Below, piece by piece: positions 1 through 9,700 of a DNA stretch of 43,698 nt (the stretch's first letter is position 1; each line of letters begins with the position of its first letter). A program made the position numbers and the translations under genes. The notes beneath the pieces are model-generated. The model did no database searches and was not told where the DNA came from. It saw nothing but the letters and a program-made list of their open reading frames with translations. This stretch comes from Schmidtea nova (taxonomy: Eukaryota). The stretch covers positions 87,172,001-87,215,698 of the forward strand of contig CM097882.1 in the NCBI GenBank assembly GCA_044892505.1, given 5' to 3'.

Positions 1-12
1 TTTCGCCTCTTT

Positions 13-1183
13 TTACACCTCCGTTTCCTCTGGTTCATGGAACCCTTCGTCTTGGAGTTCCATTGGTGGTGGTGGTATAAATGGTAACCACACCACTCTG
101 CTTCTCCACATTGTAATTTCGTCTTGATACGTTCGAGAGATTTGTATCTCCTCATCTAACAGATACTCCATATAGTCTGATTGTTCGCTCAGAGTTTCAA
201 TTTGTCTTTCCATCTCTTCCACTTTTCTCTTCAGGGCTTCTACTTCTGTTGGTTCGGTTTCTACTTCTATGGTTTCTTTCTCTGCTTTCAGGGTTATTAT
301 CTGCTGTTTCAGTTCCTCGTTTTCTTTCGTCAAATTCGTTATGTTCTCCTCGTAAGCTCGGTTTGATTCCGCATGTCTTTCCTTCACAGCTTTCAGTTCC
401 ATTTTTTTTTGGGTCACCACCCCTTGATAACCATTTACATCTCTTTCCAGGCTTTCTTTTTCCCTGATCAACTTTTGTCTTTCCGCTTCCTCTTTTTGTC
501 TAATGCCTCGTATTTCCCCATTTATCATCTGTTTGCCATTGCGTTTTCTTTAGTTCCTTTGCCTGTTCTCGAATAAATCGCTGTCGTTTTCGACTCCATT
601 CTTTGTTTGTCTGTTCTTGTCGCTTTCTCTGTTCCAATTCTTCTTTCAATTCGTCTATCTCTTGATACAATTTCCAATCTTCGCTGTGTGCTGTCCTTCT
701 GATTATCTCTTTGGCTTCTCTATATACTCGTTTCGACTCCATCTTCCAATGTCTCGCTTGAGCCTTGATTGCTAGTATTTTTACCTCCATCTTTTCCTCT
801 TGTTTCTCCCTCTCTTCTCTTCGCATTTTCATCATGTTTTTGTAATGTTCTGCTTGTTTTCTCATCAACTGATAGGTCTCTTCTATCTTCTGTCGACTTC
901 GTGAGTTCGTTCCTTTTAGCTTCTCTATTTGTGCTGTCAGTTGTACTATCTCTTTATTCACTTCCTCGAGTTCTAGTTGATATAACTCCATTCGTCTCTC
1001 GCATTTTAGTTTATCGTAAAAATTGTTTGTCATCACTTCGTGTAATTCTCTGGTTCTTTGTTCTACTTCCACTTTACATCTCTTTTCGATTTCTCTTTCG
1101 ATTTCTCCTTCTATTGCTTCTTGTTCGTTTGACATCTCGTTTCTCGTTTCCTCTTCGATTACATGTCCATTTGCGTTTTCCAT
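13..1183 (-). CDS. Coiled-coil accessory protein of about 390 aa, split by a probable 1-nt frameshift into ORFs 500..1183 and 13..528; ends in ETEV
   Basis: E/K/Q/R-rich heptads in both ORFs, 29-nt overlap. Deleting one G of the GGGG run (516-519) gives continuous ...DDKWEIRGIRQKEE... The stop follows GAA ACG GAG GTG (ETEV). Confidence 0.7.
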
Positions 1184-1272
1184 TCTGCAATTTACAAATT
1201 TACACTGGTTATACTATACGTTTATTGTTGTTGTCAATTTTTACACTTTATTTACAGGGTCGTTCATTCTGA

Positions 1273-2685
1273 CTACTCTAACCATCCTTTCGTTGACTTT
1301 GTGTTCATCACTGTTGTACTTGTTTTCTTTTCGATCTCCAACTCTACGTATAGGTTGTCCTCGTACAACATTTCCCACATTTTTTGGTGTGGTATGAATT
1401 TTGGTTCTCCCGTTGCTAATGAACATTCTGTGGTTGGTCTTTTGTAAGCCTCGTGCTTCCCATCGACTTTGAATATTCTCACAATCGTTTCTCTCGAGTT
1501 TTTCACTCTCATTATCGCCTTTGTCTCTAGTGGCCATTCCAATATGTCGTCGTAACCACCTTTACACAACGCAAAGAATAGTGACACATGCGTTTCCTTT
1601 CCTGATCCATCTCCATTTGGATAAATTCTCATCCGAACTTTGTATCCATTTTTCCACAGATAGAATGGTGGACTTGTTACCGACACTTGACTTCCTGCTT
1701 TTGCTGCTGCGAACTTTTCGTTGAAGTTCTTGATTTTCCATACATATGGTGCAACAGGTAAACTCTCGATATCCTCTGCATCTCGCACCCATATTTGATG
1801 TCGTACATTTACCTCCTTTACTAGCGTCTCTATGACTTTGATTTTCTCCATCATTTTTTCTCTGGTGAGCTCGAATTGCTCTCTCGTTTCCAGTAATAAC
1901 TCCGTCATTATCTTCTGAGATTCAATTTCTTTTCCCATTTTCTGTATGGTTTGTTCCATTCCGTTCAAATTTGCTGTTAACATCTCGGCGTGTTGTACCG
2001 TTTCCGTTTCCAAATGCTCTTTCATCTCTTTGCTCGTTTTCTTTACTACACATCCTTGTTTACTCCATACGCACTTTCTTGGTCTTGATTCGCATTGTTC
2101 CCAATGTTCTCTCAACATCACTTCTTCTCCGGTTCCGCAATTACTTGGACAAATTCCTCTGAATTTTCCACACACTTTCTCTTCTGCTACGTTGAGATGT
2201 TCTGTTTCGATTACTTCTCTCGTCTCTCTTTGTTCGCAGTATTGACACTCTATTATCTCTGCTTTGCACTCGTCCTTGTGATTTTTCGACTGCTTGATGG
2301 TTATCGTCTGTTGGCACTTTTCACATATCGCTTTCTTGTTTTCGCATTTCTCCAGATGTTGTCTTAACTCGATTATTTGTCCTTTCCATTCACATGGTTG
2401 GTTTATACACTCTGTTTTTATCTTCCAGATCTCCTTTTGTATTGCTTTGTCGGGTTTTGTCTCGTTGATCAGTAGTTTATCGTCACACTCTGGGCACTTT
2501 CTTGTCTCACTTTCACTGATTATTTGCAATATACACTTGGTGCACATCCTGCATCCACATTCCGTTTGCCTGGGTTTTAACAGTAGATTTTTACACTTTA
2601 CACACGTCACATTTACTCCCCATTGTCGATTTTCTCTTCTTAGAATCTCGATCGTTTGGTAATCTGCTTCGCTTTCTGCTCTCAT
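1273..2685 (-). CDS. TRAF: TNF receptor-associated factor (TRAF) homolog, 470 aa, intronless: RING, TRAF zinc fingers, coiled coil, MATH/TRAF-C
   Basis: RING CVKC..KPRQTECGCRMCTKC..CPEC; zinc fingers CINQPCEWKG..HLEKC and CVWSKQGC..HLE; MATH VWKIKNF..SPPFYLWKNGYKVRMRIYPNGDGSGKETHVSLFFALCKGGYDDILEWP. Confidence 0.95.
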   Translation of the reverse strand: MRAESEADYQTIEILRRENRQWGVNVTCVKCKNLLLKPRQTECGCRMCTKCILQIISESETRKCPECDDKLLINETKPDKAIQKEIWKIKTECINQPCEWKGQIIELRQHLEKCENKKAICEKCQQTITIKQSKNHKDECKAEIIECQYCEQRETREVIETEHLNVAEEKVCGKFRGICPSNCGTGEEVMLREHWEQCESRPRKCVWSKQGCVVKKTSKEMKEHLETETVQHAEMLTANLNGMEQTIQKMGKEIESQKIMTELLLETREQFELTREKMMEKIKVIETLVKEVNVRHQIWVRDAEDIESLPVAPYVWKIKNFNEKFAAAKAGSQVSVTSPPFYLWKNGYKVRMRIYPNGDGSGKETHVSLFFALCKGGYDDILEWPLETKAIMRVKNSRETIVRIFKVDGKHEAYKRPTTECSLATGEPKFIPHQKMWEMLYEDNLYVELEIEKKTSTTVMNTKSTKGWLE

Positions 2686-2775
2686 TCTACAACAATATTT
2701 ACATCAATTTCCCCATATTTTTGATTTTTTCTGGTTCTTTATTTACACGTATTTACACAATTTTCCGCTTATTCA

Positions 2776-3126
2776 TTATACATCCTCAGTTGAATCTGGC
2801 TCTGGATACACGTCTATCTCATTTACAATCCAGCTCGTCCAACTATCTGGTATCTCTTCCTCTTCATGTCTCGTTAATCGGTCAATTTCCTCTGCTTGCC
2901 AATTGTTTACTTCATTTAATGTTCGATTCTCGTTCTGTAATTCGTTTATCTGTATTTGTTGGATCTCGATTTTGTTCATTGCTTCGAAATTACAGTTATA
3001 ACTCTCGGTTAATAATTGCGTTTTGGCCGTCAACTGGCTCTGTAATTCGTTTATTGTTCTGGCTAGCAGGTCACATTGCACTTTCCATCTTGTCATCATT
3101 GACATCTCTGTGGTTTCTTGATTCAT
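2776..3126 (-). CDS. Small coiled-coil accessory protein (116 aa) with an acidic Trp-containing tail
   Basis: ATG ORF with heptads (LARTINELQSQLTAK; IQINELQNENRTL) and the element's codon bias; tail SWTSWIVNEIDVYPEPDSTEDV. Confidence 0.7.
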   Translation of the reverse strand: MNQETTEMSMMTRWKVQCDLLARTINELQSQLTAKTQLLTESYNCNFEAMNKIEIQQIQINELQNENRTLNEVNNWQAEEIDRLTRHEEEEIPDSWTSWIVNEIDVYPEPDSTEDV

Positions 3127-3249
3127 CGTTTTTCTAGATTATATACATCATTCTCTTTTTTCTGTTTTTATGTTTTATAATATTTATACCCATACGTATA
3201 CGGTTATGCATTGGTTTTTACAATACTATTTACACTCATATTCCGCCCT

Positions 3250-3708
3250 CTATTCAACTATCACTGGTTTTCCTTCGTACAGTTCCTCGTCCTCGATCTG
3301 TACCCATATTTCTTCGTGTTTTGACCGTCTTTTCAGCTCTTCTCGCACTGCTTTTGGTAGTTTAATGTTGTAATTCGTGACCTTTACGTCTGGCCATTTT
3401 ACTGCTATGGTCTTATTTCTCATGCCATATCTCCAACATACTATCATGATCGTTATCAGCGGTATACACGCTATGAATACTCCCATGCTGATTAATCCCA
3501 TTATTGTTTTCCCAATGCTCCTTCTTGGAGTCTCACTTTGGTTTATCATCACGCCATATTGACCTTTCCATTCTGCTTCCCATTGTTCATATTGTTGTTG
3601 TCTCCGTCTGACTTCTTCGATCACTTTCTCTGGTTCCCATTTTTCTTGTCGATTTGGTATTGTTTCTTCCTTCTCGTTTTGTTCTCTCTTCTGACTCAAT
3701 TCTCGGAA
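3250..3708 (-). CDS. TM helix plus cytoplasmic tail, in frame with pol/FN3 directly after the TAA at 3709-3711
   Basis: TAA TTC CGA GAA TTG.. is contiguous with the pol frame; hydrophobic IMGLISMGVFIACIPLITIMIVC followed by basic WRYGMRNK; tail contains EDEELYE. Confidence 0.75.
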   Translation of the reverse strand, partial: FRELSQKREQNEKEETIPNRQEKWEPEKVIEEVRRRQQQYEQWEAEWKGQYGVMINQSETPRRSIGKTIMGLISMGVFIACIPLITIMIVCWRYGMRNKTIAVKWPDVKVTNYNIKLPKAVREELKRRSKHEEIWVQIEDEELYEGKPVIVE

Positions 3709-6700
3709 TTATAACTTTCTGATTCTCCTCGTTATCGTCGTGTTCCTTGGCGTGTAATAGGTTTCGCACCTTTCTTGTGGATTTCCTTGTGTATCCACTT
3801 CTTCAATTGCACACACTTCGTATTCTGCGTTTGTTTTCAACTTCCTCATTTCTACCTCGATTATTTCTCTTTTGTCATTTGATGTCTTTTGACAATTTCG
3901 TGGAGACTTTCCCTCCTTGTTTGGTATTAATTTCCAACAGATTTCTAGGACCTTTTTATGGATCTTCCATATTATCAGAGTTGATGACTCTGGTTCGTTT
4001 TCTATTGTCGTCCTTTCCGTTGTTGCCGGTTGAATTCTCTGACTGTTGGTTGTCGTGGTCCTTCTTGACTTTCTTTTCCTCTGTCGACTTCTTCCCATTT
4101 CGATCGTTCTTGTTCCGTTAATTTGCTCTGGCGTCTTGTATAGTTTACATTCCAAGCTTCTTTGTATTATTTCTCTTATTCTTCGGATTACGCAAATTTC
4201 ATATGCTTGTCCGACTTCGAATCCATTTAGTTGAAACGGAATTCCTCGTTCTCTCGTTCTGCATTGCGGTAGTACGTGACTGGTCGCTACTCCGATGTAT
4301 TTTCTCCAACACATCCCAATTGTTCTTCGACCAATGTTTTTTATCTCCACGGTTACTACTTCATTCTTAATCGTTTCTTGGTCTTGTTTCCTTCTTTTTG
4401 GGAACTCAATTATCTCCTTTGCTTGGAACACTTTACACTCGCTTGTTCCTGGTCTGTTTCCGTTTGCTGCTTTTTCCATGAGACATAGTTCACATGTTTT
4501 CTCTGTTTCTATTTCAGTTATCTCTATTTCTTCATTTGTCTCTGCTTCCCGACTTTCTCTTGTCTCGCTGATTCCAATTACTTCATTGTTTCGTCCCCAA
4601 CATCTTCCATTCGTTGTTCGTTGATCTTGGATGTTTACTAACGTCATCACGCTGATATCTATGTCCTCCATGATTCTCTTAATGAGGATTAATATTAATG
4701 CTACACATATCAATTCTGGTTGGAATGTTAATTTTCCCGCTGGATTTTTGGTTATTCTTTCTTTCTCTGTTCGGTTTCTGATTCCTTCTTCTGCTTCGGT
4801 TTGATTCTTCCCTTTCTCTGATTCCACTTCTGATCTTCTCGTTGTCTCTTCGCTTCTTTTTCCAATCCATTTCTGTATTTTCAGCGCTTCTGTTGCTTTA
4901 TATAATTGACATGCAGTTACTTGAGGTGCTTTTGGTTCTCCTCTCTGCTTTATTGCGCATATTATGTATGACTTTTCTTTCTCTAATCCTTTGATTTGGA
5001 TGACGTCTCGCTTCAAGTCTGACAATATACACTTCAGCGTATCGTTTTTCCTCAGGTTTTCCTTCCAGCATATTCTTTCGTATACTTCGTTTCCTCTGAT
5101 TATTTCCAGCGTGACGTATTGTTTCTTGGCTTCTCCTTGTCCGATGATTGTTATCAATATCGCGATACACAACATTTCTGGTCTCAAAAGTAGACTTCCT
5201 GTTCGTTTTCCATAGTTCGCATGTTCGTCTTTTGTTCCACTGTTTTCTCGTTCTTCTGCTTCTCCTTTCTTGTCGTTTCTCGTTGGCTTCGGTTCTTCTT
5301 GTCTTTCTTTTTCATTATCCTCCGTTCTTTTGTTGTCATTGTCTTCGTTGTTCTCTTCGTTGTTGCTTTTGTCGTCGAAATCTCTGTAACCACCCCCTGG
5401 TCCTTTGAAAATGTCGTCCTCGACATTGATTTCTTCAATCAATCTTTCATACGCTTGAACCGCGAGTGTGCTAGACTCGAATTCACGTATCTCCATATCC
5501 TTGGATGGTTCTATGTTTTCTAGTCTATTTTGCTTGATTGTTTCTTTGGCCTTTGCCCACTCATTCACATATTTTCTGAACAAGTCTTTCCATCTTCCCG
5601 TTCGTTCCTGTTCCTTTGGGTTGTTAGTAAATTTCAAATCTCTTCTCTTCAAGAATTCTTCAACTATCTCTGGCTTTTTGTGTCTTAGCAACGCGCTTCT
5701 GATACACCAATTCTGATTTTGTTCCATATGGTCATTGATCTTGAATGCCGGTTCCTTGGTGATCGGATTCACCCATGTTAGTAATGCTCTTGTTTTTTCT
5801 ACGTCGTGTATCATTACTGTCAGACTGAAATTCTTTACGTTATTTGCCAGGTATTCGATATCATCTTGTTTCTTGATGGACTTTATGAACTTGATCATCT
5901 CGAAGTTGTTCCACTGTATTGCGATATCTATGATGGAATTATTCTTTCCATTTTTCCCTTCGATTTTTGCTCCTGCTTCGTATAATTCACTTAGCACTTT
6001 AAAGTTCGTCTTCTTTCTTGCTGCGATTATCATGATTGTATCTCCGTTATCATCAACCATATTCATATCTGCTTCGCACTTGACCATCGCTTTCGTTATT
6101 TCCAGCACTTCGTTTTCTTTCTTTCGACGTAATGCCCAGTGTATCGGCAATCTCCCATCCTTTGATAATAGGAATGCCACTGGCATTTGATTCTTGATCG
6201 TTTCTATGTCACTCTCGTTATAATCCCCTTGTGCATATCTGTGCACTCTCTCTGTAATTGCTCCTAGTATTCCCAACGAGCTTTTATTCTCCTTGAATTT
6301 CGATAATTTTTCCTGCGCTTTTGCTACGATTGCGTCTAATCTCTCTTGATAATCGGCTTTTGCATTGAACAACACTGCCTTGCTTCTTATTCGTGTTTGC
6401 ATCTGTTTCATCCGTTGGTCTTGATACACTGCTTGTCTGAAGAATTGTCCATACTTCAATGCTTCCACCAGCTCTTTATATCTCTTGCTTATTTCTTTGT
6501 GCTGCTTTTGGATGTCATAGAAATGTTCGAAGCTCATATCCGGATTCCATTGTTTATCACACCATTTCTTGATTAATCCGAATAGTTCCTTCTTTCGGTC
6601 ATCCAACTTGTATTCTCTTGGGTTTTCGCTAACCCGTAGCGTATCTCTCGCTATCAACACTGCAAGTGTTTTTGGATCGTATGTTACCTCTAGTAGATGT

Positions 6701-9700
6701 TTCAGTAACGCATTTTCTCCCCTTGTGAATACTTCATTACAATTTACGACCCACGAATCTCCTTCTGGTCGTTTCCATTTTAGCAATATTCTCCAGGTTT
6801 TACTGTTCTTTACCCCGATTGCTTGTTTCATGATCGATCCTCTAGTTAGTTCATCGATTTCCCACGTGGCGTTTTCTGTGATATACTTAAGTAATCGGTG
6901 ATTTGCTCTATCGATTGCATGATTCAAGAATGTTCGTCCTTCTTTATCTTTTGCCATCCAACTCGATCTGGTGTTTCCGAATAGCTCGACTATTTCCTCA
7001 TCTCTTCCATGAATCGTCATCATCATAAGTGGAGTGATTCCTTCCCAATTCACTTTGTCAATTTCTCCTCCACCTTCGAGTATCATCTCTACGATCTCTT
7101 TCACTTTTTCGTTCCCACTGTGCTTGACTGCATTGTGCAACGCTGTGTTACCGTCTTTGTCTTGTAGATTCAATGTTTGAGGGATTTCCTCTAGCAGCGT
7201 TCTTGTTATTGGATGTGCTGTTCTATCCTTCGCATACTCCATTACATTCTTTCGAACTTCTGTCAATATATTGAAATCGAACCACCATTTCCATTCTGGT
7301 ATAATTTCTCTGGTCCTCTTTGCCAGTTCTTTGATGTCTATTGCTTCTCTTCGGTTGTCTTCTAGACTTGTTTGCGGCTTTTGTTGTACTCGCAACATAC
7401 TGATTCTCGCCGTCTGTGATCTTGTCATTACCCGTTTTTCTGGTAATCGAGTTGCTGTCTTTGGTACTTTTCTGCATCGACATGTATTCACGTATATTGG
7501 TCTTACCAATGGATTGTTCACCAATCGTACTCGCACATTATTTTCATTTACTGTTGTTATTTCATATGGCCCCTTGCCTGGTCGTTGGAGTTTCTTGACC
7601 GTACCGGGTATTATCTCTGGTGTCTCAATTATCACCCAATCTCCAACTTTTAAATCATGTGCTTTCACATTCTTTTTCTGGTCATGTAGATCCTTGTAAC
7701 TTTCTTGATAGAACTTGATGTTTAGTTCCGCCGTTTTCCAGATTTCCTGCATTCTTTCTTTGAACTTTGTAACGTAATCGTCAAAATCCATGTACTGCGA
7801 TAATGGTGGTTGATATTCTAAATCGATCGGTAAGTTGCAATCTCTTCCGTACATCAGTTGAAATGGACTTAGCTTTGTTGTCGCATGTATTGACATTCTG
7901 TATGCCATTAAACACAAGTTGATATACTCGTCCCAGTCAGTCTGATGTTTGCTGACGTAATTTGACAACATGCGTATCAATGTTCCATTGAATCTTTCTG
8001 TTTGTCCGTTCGTTTGTGGATGGTATGGGGATGTTCGTAATTTCGCAATTCGGAAGTAATTCGTGACTTCGTCTAATATTTCACTCATAAAATTTGTTCC
8101 TTGATCCGTTAGGATTTTCTTTGGTGTTCCGTATCTGCAGCATATTTCTTCCACCAATATTCTTGCGACTGTTTTCGCCTTTTGATCCGGTATTGCGAAT
8201 GCTTCTGGGAACTTTGTTAGATAGTCCGTGACTACTAATATGTACTGATTTCCTTTTAAACTTTCCGGCAATGGTCCAACTACATCCATTGCTATCGTCG
8301 CCATAGGTTCTGCAGGTATTGGCATTGGTTTTAGTGGTGTTTTCCACTTCGTTCCGACGTTCTTTCTTGTCGCACAGGTTAAGCAGTTCTTTATCCATTC
8401 CTTCACATCATCTTCCATGGTTGGCCAAAAGTACTTTTGTCTCAGTCTCCCGATTGTCTTTTTCGCTGACATATGTCCGCCTAATTTTCCGTCATGATAT
8501 TGAGTCATGATTTCCTTTCGTCTATTCGCAGGTAAGCACATTAATCTTCGTTCTCCATCTTGTATCAATAACCATCCTTTTTCCATCACATATCTATGTT
8601 GATATTTCTGCATATGTTCGCGCAACGTTTGGTTCTTGCCGAATATTTCTATTTCCCTTTCTTTCAAATACTTGCTGATCAATCCCAACTCCTCATCTTC
8701 GAGTTGATCTTTCCTTAGTTCGCTGAAATCCAAATCTTCCGCTATTAATGCACATATTTTTAGAGCATTCAGGTTCACCAATTCTGGGAATGTAAATCTT
8801 GACATGCAATCCGCGTTTGCATTTGCTTTTCCTGCTTTAAACTTTATGAATGGCGAGTATTCCTGCAACTGCATCGCCCAACGCATCAATCTACTTGATG
8901 ATTCTTTGTGTTGACCTAACCATACCAATGGTTGATGATCCGTCGTGATATATATTTCATGACCCCACAATAGGTATTTGAAATGCTTGATTGCCAATAT
9001 TATCGCATAGGCTTCTCTTTCCGTGACTGAGTAATTCCTTTCATGTTTCCTGAATGTTCGACTGTAATATCCGATCACTCTCTCTTTGCCTTCTTCATCG
9101 AATTGGCCTAGTACTGCTCCTGCTGCGTATCCACTTGCATCTGTTGCCAACAGAAATGGCTTCTTGAAATCTGGATGGACCAATATTGGTGCTGTAATCA
9201 GCTTGTCTCGCAATGTCTCGAATGCTGCTTGTTGCTCTTCTCCCCATACAAACGACATATCTTGTCTTACCAATTCTTGCATTGGCTTTGATATTCCTGC
9301 ATAGTCCTTGATAAACTTTCGATAATATCCACACAATCCCAAAAATTTTTGTATTTGAGTCACTGTCTTTGGTGGTGGACATTCTTTGACTTTTTCGATA
9401 TTCCTTGGATCTGGTTCTTTTCCTTTTGCTGATACAATGTGACCTAAAAATGTCACTTTCTCTTTTGCCCAATCGCACTTTGACGGCTTTAATTTCAGTT
9501 TCCATTGCCTCAATTTCACGAACACATTTCTGATATCTTGTAAGTGGTCTTCAAATGTTGCGGAGTAGATCAATAGATCGTCGATGTACACCATGCATTG
9601 TTTTATGCCATGTGTTACGAAATTCATGCATCTCTGGAATGATGCTGGCGCGTTTGTTAACCCAAACGGCATTTTCTTGAATTGGTACAGATCTCGTCCG

